From positions 6,194 through 70,193 of the forward strand of contig CAKVHQ010000006.1 of the NCBI GenBank assembly GCA_934749845.1: 64,000 nucleotides of DNA, given 5' to 3'. This document shows, piece after piece, positions 47,492 through 57,066 of this stretch (the stretch's first letter is position 1; each line of letters opens with the position of its first letter). Source of the stretch: an uncultured Clostridia bacterium (GTDB lineage: Bacteria > Bacillota > Clostridia > Christensenellales > UBA1242). The notes beneath the pieces were generated by a model. The model did no database searches, was not told the DNA's origin, and saw nothing but the letters and a program-made list of their open reading frames with translations. A program made the position numbers and the translations under genes.

Positions 47492-48207
47492 TAGTAATTC
47501 TCCAAAATATTGTTTATATCCATAACATCGGCAACGGAAACGATGCCAAGCGGTTTATCGTTGCGGTCGCCATGTTTTGTGATTAAAATAACCAAAAGTT
47601 TTCTGTTTCGATAAAATAAATCCACTGCTTTTTCCAAAGTTAATTCTTCGGTTTCAATAGCATAATATGGCTCGCCCACATTAAATGAAATAACTTCCTT
47701 TATTGTGGTTTCTTTTAAATATTCATTTATATCGTAGCCATTGTTCAAAACCTTACCAATATTATCTATAAGTTTTTGACCATTAGCCACACCAATAAGT
47801 TGGCCATTTTCATAAACAGGCAGGTTGCTATAACCACTTTTGCTAATTGTGATGATTGTGTTTTCAAGTTTTTCATCCCCCGAAATGCACAAAACATCTT
47901 TTTTGCAAACTGTATCCAAAACCTTTGGTGGCGTGCAAATTAGTTTTGCAATTTTTTCAAGTTTTTCAACAACATTCAAGTGTGGTTCAGCAATAACTTC
48001 TGTTTCATTGCCACTATGAATTATTGCGTTTCTTAAACGACCGTAGTCAATTAACAAATCCTCATATTTTCTTACAACGCTGTTCAAAACAACGCTTCGT
48101 CTTATAACATCCGAAAAAGCCATGCTTCTTTTAAAGTTATATTGTGTTCTTAAAGCATAATCAAGACTGTTATATGCTTTTAAAAATCTAGTTGCATTAT
48201 CACTCAA
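47491..48207 (-). CDS. HEPN-like (RX4H) N-terminal domain fused to a CBS-pair protein
   Basis: The N-terminal helical domain of about 95 aa ends in YGRLRNAIIHS (R-N-A-I-I-H, i.e. Rx4H). The C-terminus has two CBS-like repeats (SGYSNLPVYENGQLIGV..., LVILITKHG...PLGIVSVADVM). TTG start with GTGAGGA. Its stop overlaps the rluA-like start (TAATG). Confidence 0.55.
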   Translation of the reverse strand: MSDNATRFLKAYNSLDYALRTQYNFKRSMAFSDVIRRSVVLNSVVRKYEDLLIDYGRLRNAIIHSGNETEVIAEPHLNVVEKLEKIAKLICTPPKVLDTVCKKDVLCISGDEKLENTIITISKSGYSNLPVYENGQLIGVANGQKLIDNIGKVLNNGYDINEYLKETTIKEVISFNVGEPYYAIETEELTLEKAVDLFYRNRKLLVILITKHGDRNDKPLGIVSVADVMDINNILENY

Positions 48208-48338
48208 ATTTTTATCCTCACTTATTTAGTATAATAACATTTATTGCCAATTTTCGCAAACAAAATAGTTTCGTTCGACAGTATTATTTATAATAGTATA
48301 TGCAAATCGCAAAAAAGTAGCAAATAATGAAAAAACAC

Positions 48339-48367
48339 TTGAATTTTTGTTCGGTTTTGTTTATAAT
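48339..48367 (+). promoter_or_regulatory. sigma-A promoter of the SRP RNA gene
   Basis: TTGAAT (48339-48344), a 17-nt spacer, then TATAAT (48362-48367), about 8 nt before the RNA 5' end. Confidence 0.6.
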
Positions 48368-48375
48368 AATCGTGA

Positions 48376-48639
48376 CTGTGCTATGTGGGGAGTTAGCGGT
48401 GCCCTATTCTTGCAATCCGCTTTAGCAAGGCAGAAAGTCTTTCTCGGGAATGCGTGTCGAAGCAGGATGAATTTGGCTTGCGATGAAGGAAAGGTCTTGT
48501 GCAAAAGTTACTTGTGAATCATGTCAGGTCTGGAAGGAAGCAGCATTAAGCAAATCTAACTTTGTGCCACAAGGAAACTTTTCTGGAGTAAGACAAACCG
48601 TGACCACTTCGGTTCGGGTTTACAAAAAAGAATGCACAG
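48376..48639 (+). ncRNA. ffs: signal recognition particle RNA, long (Bacillus/Clostridium) type with an Alu domain
   Basis: Contains the domain IV signature ATGTCAGGTCTGGAAGGAAGCAGCATTAAG. It also has the Alu-domain stretch GTTAGCGGTGCCCTATTCTTGCAATCCGCTTTAGCAAGGC, closely parallel to B. subtilis scRNA. The 5' CTGTGC pairs with the 3' GCACAG, and a T7 run follows. Confidence 0.9.
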
Positions 48640-48708
48640 TTTTTTTATGCAAAAAATTTATAATAAACAATAAAAAAACGCACTGCTTTAAACAGTGTGT
48701 TTTTTAAA

Positions 48709-49311
48709 TTACTTATTATTTCTTCTTAATAAAGCATAGCCATACCAAGCCAAGCCAGCGAATATTCCACTCCAAACTAATGAGCCATAAGAAACTCCAT
48801 TTGTTTGAGCATTATAAGCCTTGAATATTGCCAACATTTTTGAAACAGCAGCAACTTCGTAAACAATAAAAATTGTGAATATAATTGCCATTACAAGTGA
48901 GAAAATTTTAAATATTTTCATATCTTTAAATATTTCTTCGTTCTTTGCAACTGATTTTTTATACTTGTTTGCGTAAGTGAAAAATAAAAGTGCAATAACA
49001 AAATTTACAATCATAAGAATCAACTCAACTAATGCTAAAACACCAATAGTTTTAACATCACTGTTAGATTCTCTTAAAAGAATAAACATATCTCCAATTT
49101 GCGCTAATGAGAATATCATTCTTAATGCCATAAGCACAAGCAAGAATATAGACATAGAGAATATGTAGTTAGTCACCTTAATTTTTTCTGGCGATGATTT
49201 GTAAGGTTCATCAACTTTTTGTTCAACTGTGGCGTCTGCAACAGTTTCTGGTTCGTTAACAGTTTCAACAACTTCTTCAACGACTTCGTTTTTTGGTTCT
49301 AATTCGTCCAT
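48709..49311 (-). CDS. hypothetical membrane protein (200 aa) with an acidic N-terminal tail
   Basis: Four hydrophobic helices after an Asp/Glu/Val-rich N-terminus. No motif. Confidence 0.4.
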   Translation of the reverse strand: MDELEPKNEVVEEVVETVNEPETVADATVEQKVDEPYKSSPEKIKVTNYIFSMSIFLLVLMALRMIFSLAQIGDMFILLRESNSDVKTIGVLALVELILMIVNFVIALLFFTYANKYKKSVAKNEEIFKDMKIFKIFSLVMAIIFTIFIVYEVAAVSKMLAIFKAYNAQTNGVSYGSLVWSGIFAGLAWYGYALLRRNNK

Positions 49312-49324
49312 TTTTTACCTTCCT

Positions 49325-49882
49325 TTAATTTGTTTTCTTTCTTAATTGAGCAAGTGCAACTGGGTCAAGAGCGTCATAGAATCGTTTCATAACAGCTTCA
49401 GTGTCGTAAGGTATATCCAAAATTTCGTATTGAAGAACTGGAATGTCAACTGCTTGCAAAGCTTTTGCCACTGCCTTATCCATTTCCTTAATGGTACTGT
49501 CGGTTATGCTTGGGTAAAAGCAATCAATAACCATTACAGGTTCCATGTTCGAACGCTTGAAAATGCAAAAGTCAACATACTTTGTTTTAACCGCATTGTA
49601 CATAAGCAAACTTCCATGAGGTTTAACAATTTTGTCCACGCCAACTTTTGGAACCATTAAATATTCTTTTGGAAGTTGAGTTCTAAACATATCATAAAAT
49701 TCTACTTCCTTTGGCCATAGATAAGGAACATGTTTGATTAACTGATTTTTAATATCAATCTTGTCAAAATCTATAGATGTTTTATAGTTGTTATCCATTC
49801 TTTTTTTTGCTTTAATTCCAAGATATATACCAAGGGTTGCAAACAATAATACGATTACAATACTTATTATAATTTCCCACAT
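49325..49882 (-). CDS. membrane-anchored DUF2726-like (restriction-endonuclease-fold?) protein
   Basis: An N-terminal TM, then MVPKVGVDKIV...TKYVDFCIFKRSNMEPVMVIDC, which resembles the DUF2726 core. The ATG at 49882 has AAGGAG upstream. Confidence 0.35.
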   Translation of the reverse strand: MWEIIISIVIVLLFATLGIYLGIKAKKRMDNNYKTSIDFDKIDIKNQLIKHVPYLWPKEVEFYDMFRTQLPKEYLMVPKVGVDKIVKPHGSLLMYNAVKTKYVDFCIFKRSNMEPVMVIDCFYPSITDSTIKEMDKAVAKALQAVDIPVLQYEILDIPYDTEAVMKRFYDALDPVALAQLRKKTN

Positions 49883-49954
49883 ACTAAAATATCTCCTTTC
49901 AAGCAATATTTTATCACAAAGTTTTTATAATGTAAATAGTGAAATTATATTTTT

Positions 49955-50617
49955 TTAGTCAGTTGACCAATTTATTGGTAATTGATTGTTTTTAACTAAA
50001 AAATCATTCGTTTTGATAAAATGTCCACATCCAAAAAAGCCATTGTAGGCCGATAAAGGACTAGGATGAGCACACTTTAAAACCAAGTGATTGGGATTGT
50101 TTAAAATTTCTGCAAACTTTTGGGCTTGACTTCCCCAAAGCAAAAACACAACAGGAGTTTGAAGTTCATTAACCTTTTTAACAATCTCCAAAGTGATATT
50201 TTCCCAGCCCATGCCTTTGTGAGAATTTGCCTTACCCCTTTCCACCGTTAAAACTGTGTTCAAAAGCAATACGCCTTGTTTAGCCCAAGCGGTTAAATTT
50301 CCTTTGGTGTTTTTTATGCCAGTTTCAGTTTCAATCTCCTTAAAAATGTTTTTAAGTGAAGGCGGAAGTTCGCTATGCTCAACGCTAAACGACAAGCCAT
50401 GTGCTTGGTTTGGCTCGTGATATGGGTCTTGACCAATAATCACAACTTTAACTTTATCAAGCGGAACTTGATTTATTGCGTTAAAAACATTTTCGCTTCG
50501 TGGATAAATGGTTTTTGTTGCATATTCTTTTTGCAAGAAATTTTCAAGATTTTTATAGTATGGTTTTTCAAATTCGCTTTTAAGCAACTCATACCAACTT
50601 CTTCTAATTACAAACAT
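49955..50617 (-). CDS. ung: uracil-DNA glycosylase (family 1)
   Basis: VVIIGQDPYHEPNQAHGLSFSV, GVLLLNTVLTV and HPSPLSA motifs. The ATG at 50617 is preceded by AGGTGA. Confidence 0.93.
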   Translation of the reverse strand: MFVIRRSWYELLKSEFEKPYYKNLENFLQKEYATKTIYPRSENVFNAINQVPLDKVKVVIIGQDPYHEPNQAHGLSFSVEHSELPPSLKNIFKEIETETGIKNTKGNLTAWAKQGVLLLNTVLTVERGKANSHKGMGWENITLEIVKKVNELQTPVVFLLWGSQAQKFAEILNNPNHLVLKCAHPSPLSAYNGFFGCGHFIKTNDFLVKNNQLPINWSTD

Positions 50618-50686
50618 GTTTTCACCTAAAAACATTTTACTTGATATTACAAAAAAGGTCAATTATTGTTGAGCGTAAATTAAATT

Positions 50687-51175
50687 TCACATAAACTCAT
50701 CTAGTTTTTTTAGTTGCTGTCCATGCACGATTTTAACAAAATCTTGACTAACAGGGCTAATTAGTTTACAAGTTTTTAAGTTAACTTTTTTTAAATTTTT
50801 TGAACTTTCAAAACACGTTTCTATAACGCTAATTTTTGTTTGGCTTAAACTTTTTCCACTTCCACTAATCATTTTAAGTTCAATAGTGTCATTATTTTCA
50901 ACAATAAAAATTCCAAGGTCAAATTCGCAAAAATGAGTGCAAATGCAAAAAATTTCAAAATTTTTTATGTTTTTGAAGCAAATTTCACAATTTTTTTGCA
51001 ATTTTTTAAATATTTTTTTCAAATAATCATTTTCGTAGTTAAATAAAATTCTTGGCTTATCAATCTCAAAACTAAACAAAGCAAATATTGAATTACAAAA
51101 AAGATTATTGAATTTTAGTTCTTTCAATAATCTTTTAGATACTATTATATTTGAGTTTTCTATTTTAAAATTCAT
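50687..51175 (-). CDS. hypothetical Cys-rich protein (162 aa)
   Basis: Intact ORF upstream of ung. No motif. Confidence 0.3.
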   Translation of the reverse strand: MNFKIENSNIIVSKRLLKELKFNNLFCNSIFALFSFEIDKPRILFNYENDYLKKIFKKLQKNCEICFKNIKNFEIFCICTHFCEFDLGIFIVENNDTIELKMISGSGKSLSQTKISVIETCFESSKNLKKVNLKTCKLISPVSQDFVKIVHGQQLKKLDEFM

Positions 51176-51229
51176 ATTTGTATATATGATTTTAAATGCA
51201 CATTTGTTTACGAAAATTTAGAAACTTCT

Positions 51230-52180
51230 TTATGCATTTTGTTTACGCTTTTGAGTTTTAACAAATATGTTTGCCTTTGTTGCTGCAATCGCACCATCTG
51301 CACAAGCGGTTACAATTTGTCTTAACTCTTTTTTTCTGCAATCGCCTGCTGCATAAACTCCTTCGATGTTTGTTTCCATACTATCATTTGTTAGGATGTA
51401 ACCTTTTTCGTCTTTGTTCACAGCGTCTATAGAAACTGTATCTGGGTCTCTTCCAACAGTGATAAAAAGTCCTTCAAGTTCAATTTTTTTGCTATCGTTG
51501 GTTTCAAAATTTCTAACCGTTATGCCTTCAACTTTGTTTTCGCCATAAACTTCGGTCACTTCACTATTCAAAACAAGTTCAATTTTACCTTCTTTTGCAA
51601 GATTAAAAACTCTTTCTTGCAAAATTTCTTGACCACGAAACTCGTTTCGTCTGTGAATTAAATAAACCTTTTGTGCGATATCGCTTAAATATGCAGCGTC
51701 TTCCAACGCACTATCGCCACCACCAACAACTGCAACAACTTTATTTTTATATAAAGCACCGTCGCATATTGCGCAATAACTAACGCCCATTCCCTTAAAC
51801 TTATCTTCGCCTTTAACGCCTAATTTTCTTGCGTCTGCGCCCATACACAAAATAATGCTTCTTGCTTTATATTGCTTGCCATATTCTGTTTTAACAACCT
51901 TGATTTCATTTTTAAAGTCAAAGTCCAAAACGCAATCGTTAACTGTTTCAAGACCGCATTTTTTTGCTTGTGAAAGCATTTTATCAATTAAATCAGGTCC
52001 ATTTATATTTTCATAACCAGGATAATTTTTAATTTCAAAAGTTGTGGCAACCTGACCGCCATAAACATACTTTTCAAGCATTAAAGTTTTAAGCCTTGCT
52101 CGGCAAGCATAAATTCCCGCAGTTATTCCCGCAGGCCCACCGCCAACAATAATTAAATCATAAATATTTTCATTTTCCAT
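51230..52180 (-). CDS. trxB: thioredoxin-disulfide reductase
   Basis: IVGGGPAG FAD site, redox CAICDG, NADPH site GGGDSALE, and a C-terminal GDC. Confidence 0.92.
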   Translation of the reverse strand: MENENIYDLIIVGGGPAGITAGIYACRARLKTLMLEKYVYGGQVATTFEIKNYPGYENINGPDLIDKMLSQAKKCGLETVNDCVLDFDFKNEIKVVKTEYGKQYKARSIILCMGADARKLGVKGEDKFKGMGVSYCAICDGALYKNKVVAVVGGGDSALEDAAYLSDIAQKVYLIHRRNEFRGQEILQERVFNLAKEGKIELVLNSEVTEVYGENKVEGITVRNFETNDSKKIELEGLFITVGRDPDTVSIDAVNKDEKGYILTNDSMETNIEGVYAAGDCRKKELRQIVTACADGAIAATKANIFVKTQKRKQNA

Positions 52181-52241
52181 TAAGATAATCTCCTAAAATT
52201 ATTATAACATAATTTATGCTTATTATAAATAAATTTGCGAA

Positions 52242-52442
52242 CTAATCAATAAGACCAAGCAAGTAATCCGCCGAAACAGCAAAAAATTTGCTTAAAGCCA
52301 CAACATAACTTGCTTTTGGCTCGTTTATCCCCTTTTCCCAAAAATCAATCGCTTTTTGAGAAACTCCAATAAGTTTGGCAAGTTGTTGTTGCGACAGTCC
52401 TTTTTCGCTTCGCAGTTCTTTTAATCGTTCTTTAAATTTCAT
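52242..52442 (-). CDS. XRE-family HTH regulator (66 aa)
   Basis: LKELRSEKGLSQQQLAKLIGVSQKAIDFWEKG. It is a paralogue of the 1070..1279 product. Confidence 0.8.
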   Translation of the reverse strand: MKFKERLKELRSEKGLSQQQLAKLIGVSQKAIDFWEKGINEPKASYVVALSKFFAVSADYLLGLID

Positions 52443-52452
52443 AAAAAAATTA

Positions 52453-52504
52453 TAGTAGAAATCTACTAAAAAGACTTGACAAAGTAGAAATCTACTTATA
52501 TAAT
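52453..52504 (+). promoter_or_regulatory. sigma-A promoter with two copies of a 14-16 bp palindromic operator
   Basis: TAGTAGAAATCTACTA lies at 52453-52468 and AGTAGAAATCTACT at 52483-52496. The promoter is TTGACA (52476-52481), a 17-nt spacer, then TATAAT (52499-52504). The second operator fills the spacer. Confidence 0.7.
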
Positions 52505-52539
52505 AGTCATGTAATTAAATTTTTAAACGGAGGAAGAAT

Positions 52540-52788
52540 ATGTTTTGTCATCATTGTGGAAAAGAAATTGATGATAACGCAGTTGTGTGCGTGCATTGCG
52601 GAGTTGAAACAAAAAACTTAAATAAAAACGATAAGCAAATTAACATTGTTAATCAGTCCAGTTCAAGTTCTAGTTCATCAAGAAAAGGAATGCCCAGAGT
52701 GTACAATCCTGTCGTTGATTTCTTTATGATATGTTTTACTGGTGGTTTATGGCTTATTTGGATGCTTTGTAGACCAAAATATTATTAA
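52540..52788 (+). CDS. zinc-ribbon plus TM small protein (82 aa)
   Basis: CHHCGKEIDDNAVVCVHCG, a poly-Ser linker, and a C-terminal hydrophobic helix. Confidence 0.55.
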   Translation: MFCHHCGKEIDDNAVVCVHCGVETKNLNKNDKQINIVNQSSSSSSSSRKGMPRVYNPVVDFFMICFTGGLWLIWMLCRPKYY

Positions 52789-52915
52789 AATAGTTATTAC
52801 AACCCCCTTGTAATAAAAAAAGCAGAGTTTAACTCTGTTTTTTTAAATTTTGCGTTAATAAATAACAAAATTTAAAACAAAAAAACGGAACATAAATTCC
52901 GTTTTTTTATAATCA

Positions 52916-53332
52916 TTATCTCTTGCTGAATTGTGGAGATTTTCTTGCTTTTTTAAGACCGTATTTTTTACGTTCTTTTGTTCTTGAATCTCTTGTTAAG
53001 AATCCTGCTTTTTTAAGTTCTGCTTTGTATTGTTCATTGTAAACAACAAGTGCTCTTGCAATTCCGTGACGGATTGCGCCTGCTTGTCCTGTTAAACCGC
53101 CACCGCAAACATTAACTGTAACATCAATTTTTGCTTCGTTTCCTGTTAAAACAAGTGGTTGTCTTACGATTTGTTGTAATGTTCCAAGACCAAAGTAGTC
53201 GTTAATATCTCTATCGTTAATTGTGATTTTGCCACTGCCATTTGGAGTAATTCTTACACGAGCAACACTTTGTTTTCTTCTACCTGTGTTAAGTGGCTCA
53301 AGTTTCTTTTCAACTTTTTTTGCTGCTGCCAT
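52916..53332 (-). CDS. rpsI: 30S ribosomal protein S9
   Basis: [19 protein letters not shown]...[25 protein letters not shown]. Confidence 0.97.
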   Translation of the reverse strand: MAAAKKVEKKLEPLNTGRRKQSVARVRITPNGSGKITINDRDINDYFGLGTLQQIVRQPLVLTGNEAKIDVTVNVCGGGLTGQAGAIRHGIARALVVYNEQYKAELKKAGFLTRDSRTKERKKYGLKKARKSPQFSKR

Positions 53333-53333
53333 A

Positions 53334-53777
53334 TTATCTTACTCCTCCTTTAAGTGTTATGAGTTCTGGTTGTTGTGCTTGATGATTGTGTTCTGCACCC
53401 TTGAACATTTTAAGTTTTTTAATCATTTTTCTGCCAAGTTTGTTTTTTGGAAGCATTCCCTTAACTGCAAGTCTTAATGCTTCGTCACTATTTTTTGCCA
53501 TCATGTCTTTGTATTGAATGTATTTTGCATTACCTACATAACCTGTTGGTTGGAAATGTGTTTTTTGAATAAGTTTCTTACCTGTTAAAACAATCTTGTC
53601 TGTGTTGATAACAACAACATAGTCACCAGTGTCGATGTGTGGAGCATATGTTGGTTTGTTTTTTCCTTTTAAAATTGATGCAACTTGACTAGCAAGTCTT
53701 CCTAGTGGCATTCCTTCTGCGTCAACTAGATACCATTTTCTATCAATGGTTGCCTCTTTTGGCATATATGTTTTCAT
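53334..53777 (-). CDS. rplM: 50S ribosomal protein L13
   Basis: [45 protein letters not shown]. Confidence 0.97.
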   Translation of the reverse strand: MKTYMPKEATIDRKWYLVDAEGMPLGRLASQVASILKGKNKPTYAPHIDTGDYVVVINTDKIVLTGKKLIQKTHFQPTGYVGNAKYIQYKDMMAKNSDEALRLAVKGMLPKNKLGRKMIKKLKMFKGAEHNHQAQQPELITLKGGVR

Positions 53778-53906
53778 TTTAAATTTCTCCTAAAATAATT
53801 AGTCAAACTTTAAACTCACCTTGGCTAATGCGGTGGGCTAGACCACAAAAAAACCGCTTAAAATTTAAGACTTTGATAGTTTACAACAATTGACAATATT
53901 TGTCAA
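53778..53906 (-). promoter_or_regulatory. rplM promoter plus a structured 5' leader of about 94 nt (possible L13 leader)
   Basis: Minus strand reads TTGACA (53906-53901), a 17-nt spacer, then TAAACT (53883-53878). The leader contains a GCGGT...ACCGC hairpin. Its identity as the Firmicutes L13 autoregulatory leader has not been checked. Confidence 0.3.
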
Positions 53907-53914
53907 CAATTTTT

Positions 53915-55714
53915 TTATATTTTTAATATACTCATGAATGCTTCGCTTGGAATGGAAACCGAACCCACCTGACGCATTCGTTTTTTACCTGCTTTTTGTT
54001 TTTCAAGCAGTTTTTTCTTACGAGTTATATCTCCGCCATAGCATTTTGCTAAAACATCTTTTCTTAAAGCCTTAATGGTTTCCCTAGCAATGATTTTGCT
54101 TCCTATTGCGGCTTGAATTGGTATTTCAAACATTTGGCGTGGAATAACCTCTTTAAGTTTTTCGGTTATGGCTTTTCCCCTTGGATATGCCTTGTCCTTA
54201 TGCACGATAATTGAAAGTGCATCGCAAGTTTCTCCATTAAGCAAAATATCCATTTTAACAAGGTCGCTTTGCCTGTAATCCAACAACTCATAATCTAAAC
54301 TTGCATAGCCTTTGCTTCTTGATTTAAGGCTATCAAAAAAGTCGTAAACAATTTCGTTTAGTGGAATTTCAAATGTTAAATTAACACGCTTTTCGTCAAT
54401 ATATTTTAAATCTTTTTGTATGCCTCGTTTTTCAATGCATAAATCAATTAAAGAACCAACATATTCAGGTGGAGTGTAAATTTCCACTTTAACCCATGGT
54501 TCTTCCATGCGGTCGATCATAGCCACTGGTGGCAAATTAACAGGATTAGAAATTTCAAGCATTTCGCCCTTGGTTGTGTAAACATGATAAGAAACACTTG
54601 GTGCAGTTGTTATAATGTCAAGATTAAATTCTCTTTCCAATCTTTCGGTTATTATTTCCATGTGAAGTAATCCCAAAAAGCCACATCTAAAGCCAAAGCC
54701 TAGTGCCTGTGAAGTTTCAGGAGCATAAGATAGCGCTGCATCGTTTAATTGCAATTTTTCAAGTGCATCTTTAAGTTCTTGATACTTGCTTCCGTCACTT
54801 AAAAATATTCCACAGAAAACAACTCTCGTTGCTTCCTTATAGCCTTCAAGAGCACTATCGCAAGGGTTTAATGCATTAGTTATAGTGTCACCGACTTTGG
54901 TGTCTTGCACATTTTTTATGCTAGCCGCAATATAGCCAACTTCGCCAGCAAGCAATTTATCTTCTGCCTTTGGATGCGGAACAAATTTACCCACTTCAAC
55001 AACATCGTACTCTTTATTAGTTGTCCACATTCTAATTTTATCGCCCGCTTTAACTTCACCGTCAAACACTCTAACCAAGCAAATAGCACCTTTATAGTTA
55101 TCATAGTAACTATCAAAAATTAGTGCCTTTAATGGCTTTTGTTCATCTCCACTTGGGCATGGAAAATCGGTTACTATTCTATCCAAAACTTCCTTTATGT
55201 TTATGCCTTCCTTGGCACTAACTTGTGGTGCTTTTTCTGGGTCAATTCCAATTAAATCTCTAATCTCGTTTTTGGTGTTTTCAATATCTGCACTTGGCAA
55301 GTCTATTTTGTTAATTACTGGCATAATTTCAAGATTATTTTCCACCGCCAAATACAAATTTGCCAATGTTTGTGCTTCCACCCCTTGTGAAGCATCAACA
55401 ATCAAAATTGCGCCTTCACAAGCAGCCAAACTTCTGCTAACTTCGTAGGTAAAATCCACATGTCCGGGAGTATCAATCAAGTTAAATTCATAAACTTCGC
55501 CGTTGTATTCATAGTTCATTTTTGTTGGCGTAAGTTTAATGGTAATTCCTCGTTCTCTTTCAAGGTCCATGCTATCCAACAGTTGACTTTCCATATCACG
55601 CTTTGCAACAGTGCCTGTATACTCAATCAATCTATCTGCAAGTGTACTTTTACCATGGTCAATATGTGCAATTATGCAAAAATTTCTTATAAGTTCCTGT
55701 CGTGTTTTTGCCAT
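53915..55714 (-). CDS. lepA: translation elongation factor 4
   Basis: [29 protein letters not shown] and NKID motifs, plus the LepA-specific C-terminal domain. Confidence 0.96.
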   Translation of the reverse strand: MAKTRQELIRNFCIIAHIDHGKSTLADRLIEYTGTVAKRDMESQLLDSMDLERERGITIKLTPTKMNYEYNGEVYEFNLIDTPGHVDFTYEVSRSLAACEGAILIVDASQGVEAQTLANLYLAVENNLEIMPVINKIDLPSADIENTKNEIRDLIGIDPEKAPQVSAKEGINIKEVLDRIVTDFPCPSGDEQKPLKALIFDSYYDNYKGAICLVRVFDGEVKAGDKIRMWTTNKEYDVVEVGKFVPHPKAEDKLLAGEVGYIAASIKNVQDTKVGDTITNALNPCDSALEGYKEATRVVFCGIFLSDGSKYQELKDALEKLQLNDAALSYAPETSQALGFGFRCGFLGLLHMEIITERLEREFNLDIITTAPSVSYHVYTTKGEMLEISNPVNLPPVAMIDRMEEPWVKVEIYTPPEYVGSLIDLCIEKRGIQKDLKYIDEKRVNLTFEIPLNEIVYDFFDSLKSRSKGYASLDYELLDYRQSDLVKMDILLNGETCDALSIIVHKDKAYPRGKAITEKLKEVIPRQMFEIPIQAAIGSKIIARETIKALRKDVLAKCYGGDITRKKKLLEKQKAGKKRMRQVGSVSIPSEAFMSILKI

Positions 55715-55855
55715 TCGTATCTCCTAAAATATAATGATATTATATATAAAATGTGCAAATTTGCAAAACATTTATTCGTTGTTATCTATAAACCAACTTA
55801 AACACTTGGCAAACCCCGCTTTGTTATGCTAAAATAAGTCTATTAGGAGAATTTT

Positions 55856-56587
55856 ATGGACGAAAATATTTTTGATTCTTGGCTATGTAATCAATACATC
55901 GCACACAGAGGTTTTCATGACGAGCAAAATCCAGAAAACAGTCTTGGGGCATATGAAAGAGCAATTCAAAATGGCTATGCTATTGAACTTGATGTAAGGT
56001 TAATTAGCGACGGAACAGTTATCGTTCTTCATGATGATAGTTTAAACAGAGTTTGTGGAAAAGATAAATATGCTAGTCAGTTAAGAAAAGAAGATTTGCC
56101 TTCTTGCAAACTTTTTGGAACAGAATACACAATTCCTACTTTTGAAGAAGTTTTAAAATTTGTTGACGGCAGAACTCCACTTTTAATTGAAATAAAGCAA
56201 CTTGAAAAAATTGGCGAACTTGAAAAGAAAGTGTACGAACTTCTAAAAAACTACACTGGAAAATATGCTATTCAAAGTTTTAATCCTTTCACTTTGCAAT
56301 GGTTTAAAAATCATGCACCTGAAATTTGGAGAGGTCAACTTTCATGTTTCTTTAAGGGTGAAAAGATGTCGATTGTTAAAAAAGGACTTTTAAAACGACT
56401 TTCGTTAAACAAAATTGGCAACCCAGACTTCATATCTTATCACGCCGAGGACTTGCCTAATAAATGGGTTAGAAAGCACGAAAACTTGCCTATCCTTGCA
56501 TGGACAGTAAACAGCCAACAAAAATATTTAAGAGCCGTTCAATACAGCGATAATATAATATTTGAAGATTTTGTTCCAAAAATCTAG
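55856..56587 (+). CDS. glycerophosphodiester phosphodiesterase family protein
   Basis: IAHRGFHD..NPENSLGAYERAIQNGYAIELDVRL..DGTVIVLHDDSL. Confidence 0.8.
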   Translation: MDENIFDSWLCNQYIAHRGFHDEQNPENSLGAYERAIQNGYAIELDVRLISDGTVIVLHDDSLNRVCGKDKYASQLRKEDLPSCKLFGTEYTIPTFEEVLKFVDGRTPLLIEIKQLEKIGELEKKVYELLKNYTGKYAIQSFNPFTLQWFKNHAPEIWRGQLSCFFKGEKMSIVKKGLLKRLSLNKIGNPDFISYHAEDLPNKWVRKHENLPILAWTVNSQQKYLRAVQYSDNIIFEDFVPKI

Positions 56588-56631
56588 TAAAACAAAAAAC
56601 GCATTAAGTAGCTAACTTAATGCGTTTATTA

Positions 56632-57057
56632 TTACATTATTTTTTCTTCTATACCAATTTTTTGATTTGCTCTGTCTAGATATTTGTCGCTAGCTTCTTT
56701 TCCGTATTCTTTTTCTATGTAACTTGCAACAAAGTCACAGTATTTTTTTCTTCCTTCCAAATGTTCAGGTATTGATTCAATTTGGTCAACTTTTTTATCT
56801 TTGTTATACATAACTCTTGAGTATTCAAGTTCATAATCAAAAGTGTCTAGTCTAAAAGTAATAAAATTGTCGCCATCATCGCTTCCAAAAACCATAACTA
56901 ATTTATTAGAGATTGTGTCGTAACTTTGCAAAACTTTATCTTGAATATCATAGTAGTCAGCGCAAAGAGGGTCTTCCAATCTAACCTTTAAATCGTATTT
57001 TAAAAATTCAACTATTTTTTCTTGTGGTATTTTTTTAATAACTTCGTTTATATTCAT
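56632..57057 (-). CDS. hypothetical protein (141 aa)
   Basis: Intact ORF immediately downstream of rarA. No motif. Confidence 0.3.
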   Translation of the reverse strand: MNINEVIKKIPQEKIVEFLKYDLKVRLEDPLCADYYDIQDKVLQSYDTISNKLVMVFGSDDGDNFITFRLDTFDYELEYSRVMYNKDKKVDQIESIPEHLEGRKKYCDFVASYIEKEYGKEASDKYLDRANQKIGIEEKIM

Positions 57058-57066
57058 AATTATCTC

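Noticed and set aside
48483-48707. A 74-aa plus-strand ORF.
   Set aside because: It overlaps the SRP RNA, including the conserved domain IV sequence. It is an artefact of a stop-free structured RNA.
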